Of a DNA stretch of 30,153 bases, positions 1 to 7,684 are shown one piece after another. Source of the stretch: Archangiaceae bacterium (lineage in GTDB: Bacteria > Myxococcota > Myxococcia > Myxococcales > Myxococcaceae); contig JAYVCD010000184.1 in the NCBI GenBank assembly GCA_043750125.1, positions 1-30,153 of the forward strand, written 5' to 3'. The notes under the pieces are model-generated. The model made no database searches. It was not told where the DNA came from and saw only the letters and a list, made by a program, of their open reading frames with translations. The stretch's first letter is position 1. Each line of letters begins with the position of its first letter. The position numbers and the translations under genes were made by a program.

Positions 1-1
1 C

Positions 2-1126
2 AACGCCGGCATCTTCCGCGACGGCCTGGGCGACTACAAAAAGGCACTCAAGAACCGCGAGAAGTACCTCGAGCTGTGGCCGACCTCGAAAGACGCCGAG
101 GCGATCTTCCTGTCGATCGTCGACCTCCACGAGAAGAACCAGAAGTGGGGCCTGGCCCAGAAGCAGCTCGAAGAGTTCGAGAAGAAGTACGCGATGAAGG
201 ACCCGAACAAGATGCTGACCGCCGAAGGCCGCATCGCCGGGATCTACGACGACAAGCTCAAGAACAAGAACGGCGCGCGGAAAATCTACGACCGCATTCT
301 CGGGTACCACGACAAGCTTCCGAAGAAGGCCAAGGCCGCCCTGGAAATTGCGGCGCTCGATGCGGTCGCCCGCGCGCACTTCCTCAGCAACGAAGACGAC
401 TGGAAGAAGTTCGAGAAGCTGAAGCTCAAGTGGTCGAAGCTTTCCAACATCGGAGAGCTGAAGAACTCGATCAAAGAAAAGTCCAAGGCGCTCGAGGGGA
501 TCCAGAAGATCTACACCACCACTGTCAGCTTCAAGTCGGCCGACCCGGCGATCTGCGCACTGTTCAAGATCGGCATGGCGTACGACAACTTCGCCGACGC
601 GATGCTCAACATCCCCATGCCCAAGGGGATCCCCGAAGATCTTCAGGTCGAGGTGAAGCTGCAGTTCGAGCAGGAAACCGGCCCGCTGAAGGCAAAGGCG
701 GCTGAGGCGTTCGCCGCGACCGTCGGCAAGAGTCAGGAGCTCGATGTCTTCAACCCCTGCACCACCGCCGCGCTCACCAAGCTGCGTGAGAAGTACAAGC
801 CCGAACAGTTCCCGAAGATGGGCGAAGACGTGATGGACATGAAGCTCGAGCAGTTCAAGGGCCTGGCGATCGGTGAAGACCTGCTCGTCGCGATTCAGAC
901 CATCCCGTCGGCGGGAGGCGAGCTCGACAACTCGAAGACCCGCGAGATCAAGCCGGTCAGCAAGGAACCCGGGCCCAACCTCTCGGACAACCCTCCCTCG
1001 AAGGTCGAGACCGCCAAGGCCTCGCCTGCCCCCAAGGCCAGCAACGCCAGTCCGGCGCCTGCTCCGACCCCGGCTTCAGCCCCGAAAAAGAAAGATTCCA
1101 CCGAGCCTGACGAGGAGCCGCTGTGA
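2..1126 (+). CDS. gltD: Gliding motility TPR protein GltD (AgmU), C-terminal part; gene starts upstream of the window
   Basis: Frame is open from base 2 (NAGIFRDGLGDYKKALKNREKYLELWP...) to TGA 1124-1126. It has TPR-like helices and a Pro/Ala/Lys tail, and lies directly before gltE-gltF-gltG as in the M. xanthus G1 cluster. Confidence 0.85.
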   Translation, partial: NAGIFRDGLGDYKKALKNREKYLELWPTSKDAEAIFLSIVDLHEKNQKWGLAQKQLEEFEKKYAMKDPNKMLTAEGRIAGIYDDKLKNKNGARKIYDRILGYHDKLPKKAKAALEIAALDAVARAHFLSNEDDWKKFEKLKLKWSKLSNIGELKNSIKEKSKALEGIQKIYTTTVSFKSADPAICALFKIGMAYDNFADAMLNIPMPKGIPEDLQVEVKLQFEQETGPLKAKAAEAFAATVGKSQELDVFNPCTTAALTKLREKYKPEQFPKMGEDVMDMKLEQFKGLAIGEDLLVAIQTIPSAGGELDNSKTREIKPVSKEPGPNLSDNPPSKVETAKASPAPKASNASPAPAPTPASAPKKKDSTEPDEEPL

Positions 1127-1137
1127 GGAACGTCACC

Positions 1138-2667
1138 ATGAACAAGCTCCTCGGAGTGTTGCTGCTCGGATCGCTCGCCGGCTGTGCGACCACGACGGCC
1201 ACCCAGAAGACCGATGAGGGCGACAGCCAGGAGACCGGGGCCGGCGGAAAAACCGTCGCGGTCGGCTCTTCTGAGCCGGCGCAGCCCCAGATCAACAGCA
1301 AGGCAAAGCTGCTCTTCGAAGACGCGAACAAGGCGTACGACGCCCAAAAGAAGTCCGGGAAAGTCGACTACCCCGCGCTCGAGAAGAAGTACCAGACCGC
1401 TGCAGGCGCCGACGAGAAGCTCGCCGAGGCGACCTACAACCTGGGCGTCCTCGCCGAACGGCAGGGGAAGATCAAAGAGGCGATCGCCTTCTACAAAGAG
1501 GCGCTGCAGAAGCGGCCCTCGCTCAAGCAGGCGGCCGAGAATTTGGCCGTGATTGCCCAGAATCAGGGCGACGAAGAGGGCGCTCAGCAGATCTACACCG
1601 ACATTCTCACCAAGTACCCCGAGGACGCCTCGAGCCGCGCCCGTCTGGCCGAAATTCATCGCCGCAAGGGCGAGTACGAGAAGGCCGTCGAGCTCGCCAA
1701 GGAAGCTCTGTTTCGCGAACCCCGCACCCTGCAGGCCTACAAAGTGCTGATGCTCAGCTACTTCGAGCAGAAGCAGTTCTCGATGGCAAAGCTGGTCGCG
1801 CTGCGAGCCAGCAAGATCGAAGCGAATGACCCCGAGATCTTCTTCACCTTGGGTCAGATCAGCGTGCTCGAAAAGGAACCGGCCAAGGCCCGGGTGCTGT
1901 TCAAGCGCGCCGTCGAAGTCCGCCCCGATTTTCTGCCCGCCCACCTTCAGCTGGCGAAGATGGCCCTGGCCCAGGAGGACTACATCTCGGCCGAAGAGAG
2001 CATTCGCCGAATTCTCCAGGCCAACAGCAAGAACCCCGAAGCGCTGCTGAACCTGGGCGTCGCCTACAAAGGCATGGGCCAATACGACAAGGCGCTCGCC
2101 GCCTACGACGCCGCCCAGAAGCTCAAGCCCGATATGCCTGAGATTTCCTTGAACCGCGGCTTCATCTACGCGGTGAAGGGCCAGCCCGAAAAGGCGCTCG
2201 AGTTCTACAAGCAGTACATCCAGATGAAGGGGGGCCAGGTCGAGGACAAGCACCCGGTTTACGGCGCAATCAAGGATCAGGAAAATGTCCTCGCCCGGCG
2301 CGACGAGGACAAGAAGGCCGCCGAAGAGGCCGCCAAGATGGAAGCGGAAATGAAGAAGGTCGAAGATCAGACCGCCGCCGAGGAAAAACGCGTCAAGGAA
2401 GAAGGGCTGAAGAAGTCGCAGTCCGACGCGAAGGGCACGGCCTCGAAGGACGCTCCGCAGGGCGCCGACACCGCTCAGAAACCGGACGGCAAAGATTCCA
2501 AGGACCCCAAAAAGGGAAAGCTCGAGGCCAAAGCCGAAGAGCCAAAAGCCAGCGCGAAGCCGCCCGAAGAACCGAAGAAGAAGAAAGAAGAGAAGAAGGC
2601 TGAACCGGCGAAGGCGCCTCCCGCCGCGCCCGCCAAGAGTGGGGAAGAGCCTTCGGATGCCCTTTGA
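1138..2667 (+). CDS. gltE: Gliding motility TPR lipoprotein GltE (AglT)
   Basis: GAGGA SD at 1125-1129 then ATG 1138. Lipoprotein signal MNKLLGVLLLGSLAG|C, many TPRs (ATYNLGVLAERQG, ALLNLGVAYKGMGQYDKA), K/E-rich coiled tail; synteny. Confidence 0.88.
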   Translation: MNKLLGVLLLGSLAGCATTTATQKTDEGDSQETGAGGKTVAVGSSEPAQPQINSKAKLLFEDANKAYDAQKKSGKVDYPALEKKYQTAAGADEKLAEATYNLGVLAERQGKIKEAIAFYKEALQKRPSLKQAAENLAVIAQNQGDEEGAQQIYTDILTKYPEDASSRARLAEIHRRKGEYEKAVELAKEALFREPRTLQAYKVLMLSYFEQKQFSMAKLVALRASKIEANDPEIFFTLGQISVLEKEPAKARVLFKRAVEVRPDFLPAHLQLAKMALAQEDYISAEESIRRILQANSKNPEALLNLGVAYKGMGQYDKALAAYDAAQKLKPDMPEISLNRGFIYAVKGQPEKALEFYKQYIQMKGGQVEDKHPVYGAIKDQENVLARRDEDKKAAEEAAKMEAEMKKVEDQTAAEEKRVKEEGLKKSQSDAKGTASKDAPQGADTAQKPDGKDSKDPKKGKLEAKAEEPKASAKPPEEPKKKKEEKKAEPAKAPPAAPAKSGEEPSDAL

Positions 2668-2739
2668 AGGGGCTGGCCCCGCTGTCATTTTTTATCCGAC
2701 ACGGCCCGGAAAAAATCTGAGTCCGCCGCAGTCGCACAG

Positions 2740-2767
2740 TTGGCGGCACGTTGCACAATGGTAGTCT
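2740..2767 (+). promoter_or_regulatory. Putative sigma70-type promoter upstream of gltF
   Basis: TTGGCG (2740-2745), 16-nt spacer, TAGTCT (2762-2767) preceded by a TG-n extended -10, in the 133-nt gltE-gltF gap. Confidence 0.4.
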
Positions 2768-2800
2768 CGACCGCCAAACGGGGCTTCGGAGGCAGTGGCC

Positions 2801-3058
2801 ATGAAGAACCTTATTATTGTTGTCGCACTCACCACGTTCGCATCGGTGGCGATGGCGCAGGACAAGAAGGGCGGGGACGGAAACGTCACCTATAAGAAGA
2901 CGACCGAGTACTCGTTCGAAGACGACACCATCGAGGGCGATCTCACCAAGCCAGACGGCGAATACGTCGAGGCCCGCAAGAAGGTGAAGCACTCGAACTT
3001 GATCAAGATTCGAGAAGAGTTCAAAGACAAAGTCATGCAGTCCGTGGGTGAGCTTTAA
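2801..3058 (+). CDS. gltF: Gliding motility protein GltF (CglF), small secreted protein
   Basis: GGAGG SD at 2788-2792 then ATG 2801. Signal peptide MKNLIIVVALTTFASVAMA|Q; core FEDDTIEGDLTKPDGEY...HSNLIKIREEFKDKVMQSVGEL typical of CglF/GltF; lies between gltE and gltG. Confidence 0.9.
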   Translation: MKNLIIVVALTTFASVAMAQDKKGGDGNVTYKKTTEYSFEDDTIEGDLTKPDGEYVEARKKVKHSNLIKIREEFKDKVMQSVGEL

Positions 3059-3144
3059 GCGTCTTGGTTTTTGCGGAACCCGTTTCGTTCGGTGGTGTCG
3101 GTGCCCAGGCAGCGCGCACACTGAACGGTTGAAGGAGGCATCTC

Positions 3145-5022
3145 GTGGCCGTCCCCCTCACGCTAAGGGTCTTCAAGGGTGACCAACTGGTCACCGCCAA
3201 AGACTACGACCGAGACATCATCAAGATTGGCCGGCTCTCGTCGGCGCATCTGTGTCTGGACGACGAGAAAGTCTCGCGGATCCACTCGGTGATCGAAGTC
3301 GGACCTGACGGCACTCTGTCGATCATCGACATGGGCAGCGTCGAAGGCACGTTCGTCAACGGCAAGCGCGTCAACAAGGGCACGCTCGCCTTTGGCGATG
3401 AGATCAAGGTCGGTGGCACCACCATCAAGGTCGAGAAGGCCGCAGGGGGAGCGTCGGTGGCTCCTTCCATCGCCCCCGTCGACCTGGGCGAGGCCACCGC
3501 TCCAGAAGTAGAGGTTGCCGCCAACCCGTTCCGCGACGCCGAGTCGACCGAAGTCGCAATGCCCCGGCCCGTTTCCGAGCCTCGGACCGTCGTCGAAGCC
3601 GTCGCTCCTGTCGTCGTTCACGAGAGCACCGGTCAGGCTGCACGCGCTCGTCCGCGCGGTCGCAAAGGCGCAGGTCCGCTCGGCCTCGAGCTTCGCCTGA
3701 TGTGGGGCGATCAGATGGTGGGAAGCCATTTCTTCCACCCGGGCAGCGAGACGAAGTTCACGGTCGGCACCGCCGCCGGCGTGAATTTTTCGATGGGCGA
3801 TTCGCGCCTCGCGGGTCCCTCGTTCGAAGTGATCCGGTTCGGAAAGGATGGCGCGACGCTTCGCTTCACCGGAAAGATGAAGGGCGAGTTGCACCGCAAG
3901 CAGGGCGAGCAGGTGCTCACGCTTTCCGAAGCCAAGGAAAAGCGCATCGCAAGCTCGGACGGCGATGCTTTCTCGATTCACCTCGCAAGCGATGACTTCG
4001 CCTGGGTCGACCTGGGCGGAGTGGTGCTCGAAGTCTTCTTTCAGCCGGCGCCCAAAGCAGTCTTCGTCCCCTACGCCGACTCGATCGACTTCACCGCGCT
4101 CAACATCTTCTTGATCATGTTCTTTCTCGGCGCCGCGTTCGTCATCACCGCACTCAATCGCGAGCTGGAAGGCGATGAGTTCGGAGACGATCTGAACGGA
4201 AACCAGGCCCGAATCGCCAAGCTGCTGATCAAGCCCCCCGATGCCCAGAAGAATCCGCTGCTGCAGCAGCTGAAGAAGAAGGACTCGGGCGAGATCGCGC
4301 AGAAGCACAAGAACGACGAAGGGCAGATGGGCAAGAAAGACGCGGTCAAGCGGTCGGCCCACGCGGCTCCCAAGGGAGACCCCAACAACAAGGACCAGGC
4401 CCGCTTGCTGGTTCAGAAGGTGTTCGGCGGTACCGGCGGCGGCATCTCGACCATCTTCGGACACCAGGGTCTGGGCGGTGAATTGAAGAGCGCAATGGGC
4501 AACATGTTCGGAGCGGCTCCCGGCGACGCCCAGGGCTTCGGCGGGCTCGGTTTGCGCGGCTCCGGCTCGGGCGGCGGTGGCATCGGCGACACGATCGGCA
4601 TCGGCGGCATCGGGACCAAGGGTCGTGGCGGCGGTACGGGCGGCTACGGTTCCGGCGTCGGCGTGCTCGGCGGGAAGAAGGACGTAGACATTGGCATCAC
4701 CTCCTCTGACCCCACCGTGATGGGCTCGCTGGACAAAGAGCTCATTCGCAAAGTCATTCACGCCAACCGCGGTCAGATTCGCTACTGCTACGAGAGCCAG
4801 CTGAACCGCTTCCCCAAGCTCGAAGGGAAAGTCTCGGTGAAGTTCGTGATCTCTGCCTCCGGCTCAGTCGCCACTTCTCAGGTGGCCGGCTCGACCGCCG
4901 GCAACGCCGAACTCGAGACCTGCGTCGCAGGCCGGGTCAAGACCTGGATGTTCCCGAAGCCAAAGGGTGGGGGCGTCGTCGTCGTCACCTACCCGTTCAT
5001 CTTCAAACAGTCCGGCCAGTAA
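3145..5022 (+). CDS. gltG: Gliding motility protein GltG (PglI): FHA domain, single TM, Gly-rich linker, TonB-C-like (AgmX/PglI C-terminal) domain
   Basis: GAAGGAGG SD then GTG 3145. FHA motifs (IGR...VSRIH...DMGSVEGTFVNG), TM NIFLIMFFLGAAFVITAL, Gly-rich region, C-terminal LDKELIRKVI...IRYCYE...CV...W.FPKPKGGGVVVVTYPFIF. Confidence 0.92.
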   Translation: MAVPLTLRVFKGDQLVTAKDYDRDIIKIGRLSSAHLCLDDEKVSRIHSVIEVGPDGTLSIIDMGSVEGTFVNGKRVNKGTLAFGDEIKVGGTTIKVEKAAGGASVAPSIAPVDLGEATAPEVEVAANPFRDAESTEVAMPRPVSEPRTVVEAVAPVVVHESTGQAARARPRGRKGAGPLGLELRLMWGDQMVGSHFFHPGSETKFTVGTAAGVNFSMGDSRLAGPSFEVIRFGKDGATLRFTGKMKGELHRKQGEQVLTLSEAKEKRIASSDGDAFSIHLASDDFAWVDLGGVVLEVFFQPAPKAVFVPYADSIDFTALNIFLIMFFLGAAFVITALNRELEGDEFGDDLNGNQARIAKLLIKPPDAQKNPLLQQLKKKDSGEIAQKHKNDEGQMGKKDAVKRSAHAAPKGDPNNKDQARLLVQKVFGGTGGGISTIFGHQGLGGELKSAMGNMFGAAPGDAQGFGGLGLRGSGSGGGGIGDTIGIGGIGTKGRGGGTGGYGSGVGVLGGKKDVDIGITSSDPTVMGSLDKELIRKVIHANRGQIRYCYESQLNRFPKLEGKVSVKFVISASGSVATSQVAGSTAGNAELETCVAGRVKTWMFPKPKGGGVVVVTYPFIFKQSGQ

Positions 5023-5043
5023 CTGGATTAGGGTTCGCCGCTC

Positions 5044-5712
5044 ATGCGCATCCGCCTGTTGATTTTGATCGTCGCGATCGTTCCCTCGCTCGCGCTGGCC
5101 CAGGCGAAGGAGCTGAAGGACAAACCTCAACCCACGTTCAACGAGATTGAGCGCGGCTTCTACATCGGCATCACTGCCGGCTTCTGGTCGCTGTTCAATC
5201 CGCCCGCCAACAAACAGTTCACGACCACCCGCGGGGACGTGATCGACGCCTCGAAGCAGTCTTTCTCGGGCGGTCAGACGGCGCAGATGGAAATCGGAGT
5301 CGACTTTTCCGAGCGGGTCTCAGCCGCAATCTTCATCCAGGCGACCGCCAACAAGGCCGGCTCCGACTACACCGGAAAATCCCAGGACCCCGTCACCGGT
5401 GCCCCTCGTGCCTCGGGCGATTTCACGACCGTCATTCCCGGAGCGCTGGTCCGCATCGGGCTGATTGGGCTCACCGACAGCCAGGACGTGAAGCGAACGT
5501 GGTTCTACTTGCGGCTTGGGGCAGGCTACGTCCTCTACCAGCCCAAGGCGTTGCTGCCCATTCCCGACGTGCTGGTCTTTGGCGGCCCCGGCGTCGAGTA
5601 TTTCACCCGATTGCGGCATTTCTCGATCGGCCTCGAGGCCAACTTCATTTTCATGGCCCTGACTCAGGCCTTTGGCTTCACCGTCACGCCGATGCTGCGC
5701 TACGCCTTCTAA
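5044..5712 (+). CDS. gltH: Gliding motility outer-membrane beta-barrel protein GltH (CglE)
   Basis: Signal peptide (…SLALA|Q), alternating amphipathic strands, C-terminal beta-signal LRYAF, FNEIERGFY motif; directly follows gltG. Confidence 0.85.
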   Translation: MRIRLLILIVAIVPSLALAQAKELKDKPQPTFNEIERGFYIGITAGFWSLFNPPANKQFTTTRGDVIDASKQSFSGGQTAQMEIGVDFSERVSAAIFIQATANKAGSDYTGKSQDPVTGAPRASGDFTTVIPGALVRIGLIGLTDSQDVKRTWFYLRLGAGYVLYQPKALLPIPDVLVFGGPGVEYFTRLRHFSIGLEANFIFMALTQAFGFTVTPMLRYAF

Positions 5713-5769
5713 AGGCCTCGCACCCCCGAAGCGATCACCCAAGCCGCTTTCTGGGGTAAGGGGGTCGAA

Positions 5770-7566
5770 ATGAACGCACAGAAAAATGCAGGAGCAGGCG
5801 CCGGCGGTGCTGGTCGCGGTATGGGCTTTTCGATGGACGCCGACCGCGGCGGTGGCGGCTCAGGCGGCCGTGGCTCTCGTCCAGGCGGGCCCGGTGGTCC
5901 CGGTGGCGGTCGCAGCCGCGATGGCGCTCGGGGTGGAAAGGGCGGCGGCCGCGACGGCAAGGGTCGTGGGCGTGAAGATCGCGACGGCGGCGGCGCAGGC
6001 AGTGCGGCCTACCGGGTCAGCAGCGAGCTTGGCAATCTCGAGAAGGCGCTCACCAAGTCCGACTTCCCGAACCAGAAGCAGCCGCTGGAAGAGATCCTCA
6101 AGTCGCTCAGGCCGCTGAAGATGACGTCGATCGAGCAGCTCGATCTCAATACCCGCGGCAAGCTCATCACTTCATTGCTGCGCGTCAGCCGTCAGCCCCG
6201 GCCGGCACCCGGTGCAGCGGTCGAAGCTGCTGTTCCCGCGGCAGAGGCCGGCTCCGCTGACGCGCAAGTCGCCGACGCTCCGGCCGCCGAGGCTGTCGAG
6301 ACTGCTCCCTCCGCAGACGCGGTCCTCGAGGCCCCCTCCGTGGAAGGCGCCCCCGTCGAAGCGGGCTCGACCGAAGTCGCCAGCAGTCAGGACAGCGCGA
6401 CCGAAGAGGTTTCCGCAGTGGAAACGGCGGCTCCCGAAGCAGCGGTTCCCCCCGTGGATCCAGGCGTCAATGCCTGGCAGGACGTGCAGTACCTCGTCGG
6501 AAGCATCTGGCGCGCAGTCGCCGACGAGCGCCGCGCCGCTCTCGCGTTTGCGGCCAGCGGTCGCGAATTCAAAGAGAAGGCCGAAGAGAAGAAGACCATC
6601 GCGACGCTGCACAAGACCGGCGAATGGAAAGCCGAGGCAGGCCTGCTCGAGAAGGGCAAACGCACCCGCGACGCCGCGCGAGTTCAAGAGCGCAACGGCC
6701 AATTCGCAGAAGCTGCTCGGCTCTATGAAGAAGCAGGGGACCTCAAGTCCGCCCTCGCCAACGCGGTGTTCGCCAAGCTCGAAGAGGTGGTCGACCGCCT
6801 GATGGGCTTGATGAAGCAGCCCGATTGGCAGTCCGTGCTCGAGAAGGCGGGCGAGTGGGAACGGCTGATGGGCATCTACGTCAAGCGGGCCGACTTCGAC
6901 TCGGTCGCCAAGCTCTACGAGCGCGCGAAGCAGTTCGATCAGGCGGGTCTGGCCTGGGAACGTGCCGGCAAGCTGTCGATCGCGCGCAAAACCTACGAGC
7001 GCGCGAAAGACACCGGGTCGGCGAACCGCGTTCGCGAGCTCGAAGTGAAGAAGCTGATCGAGCGCGGTGACCGCCTCGGAGCGGCGACGATTCAGCTCGC
7101 CGCAGGCCAGAAGGCCGAGGCGATCGAGACGGTCAAAGGGTTGCCCGGCCCGAAGGCGTTCCGCTTCCTCCAGAAACTGAAGCTCGACGAAGAGGCGATG
7201 GCCTACGCCCGCGAAGAGATCGCCAAGGCGGTCGTCGAAAACAAGCCCGGCGATCAGGCGCGCTGGCTCGAATTGGTCGGCGAGACCGCCGGCGCGGCCG
7301 ATGCCTGGATCAAGGCCGAGCGCCAAGACAAGGCGTTGCCGCTATTCGAGCAACTGGCCGACTGGCCCCGGGCCGCAGCGCTGGCCGAAACCCTCGGACA
7401 GCAGGACAAAGCGGTCGAGCTGTTCCACCGTGCCGGCGACAAGGAAAATGCCGAGCGTGTCGCGGCGCTGCCCAAGCCCGTTCCTGCGGCGGTGATCGCG
7501 GTCGAGCCCGAGGTTGCAGAAGCCCCAGGTTCTGCCGGGGCTGACGAACAGCCCAAGCCGGTTTGA
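5770..7566 (+). CDS. agmV: AgmV-like cytoplasmic protein: Gly/Arg-rich N-terminus, acidic Ala-rich linker, alpha-helical repeat C-terminus
   Basis: 598-aa ORF between gltH and gltI, the position of agmV in M. xanthus. Repeats of A..(Y/W)E.AG...A; no signal peptide. The CDS is secure; the symbol rests mainly on synteny. Confidence 0.65.
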   Translation: MNAQKNAGAGAGGAGRGMGFSMDADRGGGGSGGRGSRPGGPGGPGGGRSRDGARGGKGGGRDGKGRGREDRDGGGAGSAAYRVSSELGNLEKALTKSDFPNQKQPLEEILKSLRPLKMTSIEQLDLNTRGKLITSLLRVSRQPRPAPGAAVEAAVPAAEAGSADAQVADAPAAEAVETAPSADAVLEAPSVEGAPVEAGSTEVASSQDSATEEVSAVETAAPEAAVPPVDPGVNAWQDVQYLVGSIWRAVADERRAALAFAASGREFKEKAEEKKTIATLHKTGEWKAEAGLLEKGKRTRDAARVQERNGQFAEAARLYEEAGDLKSALANAVFAKLEEVVDRLMGLMKQPDWQSVLEKAGEWERLMGIYVKRADFDSVAKLYERAKQFDQAGLAWERAGKLSIARKTYERAKDTGSANRVRELEVKKLIERGDRLGAATIQLAAGQKAEAIETVKGLPGPKAFRFLQKLKLDEEAMAYAREEIAKAVVENKPGDQARWLELVGETAGAADAWIKAERQDKALPLFEQLADWPRAAALAETLGQQDKAVELFHRAGDKENAERVAALPKPVPAAVIAVEPEVAEAPGSAGADEQPKPV

Positions 7567-7659
7567 TCGCAAAGCTTGCGCTTCAGCAGTCCCACCTGAG
7601 GCGCGAGCGACTCGAAATAAGGCCAAAATTCCGGTATTTGGAAGTTCGTGAATCGGGGG

Positions 7660-7681
7660 GCCGACAGTAGATTCTGTCGGC
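7660..7681. repeat. Perfect 8-bp inverted repeat immediately upstream of the gltI start codon
   Basis: GCCGACAG-tagatt-CTGTCGGC; ATG at 7685. Confidence 0.7.
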
Positions 7682-7684
7682 GCA

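Noticed and set aside
895-2688. 597-aa minus-strand ORF opposite gltD/gltE
   Set aside because: Antisense shadow of high-GC3 genes; no recognisable domain.
2740-2755. TGGCGGCACGTTGCA as a sigma54 promoter
   Set aside because: GG-to-GC spacing is 9 nt rather than the required 10.
4500-4680. GGC-rich repetitive DNA as a tandem repeat or CRISPR-like array
   Set aside because: It encodes the Gly-rich linker of GltG; no fixed repeat-spacer period.
3163-4761. 532-aa minus-strand ORF opposite gltG
   Set aside because: Antisense shadow; the plus-strand gene has clear FHA and TonB-C motifs.
5770-7566. DEAD-box helicase identity suggested by the RGG-like tail
   Set aside because: No Walker A, DEAD/H, SAT or HRIGR motifs.
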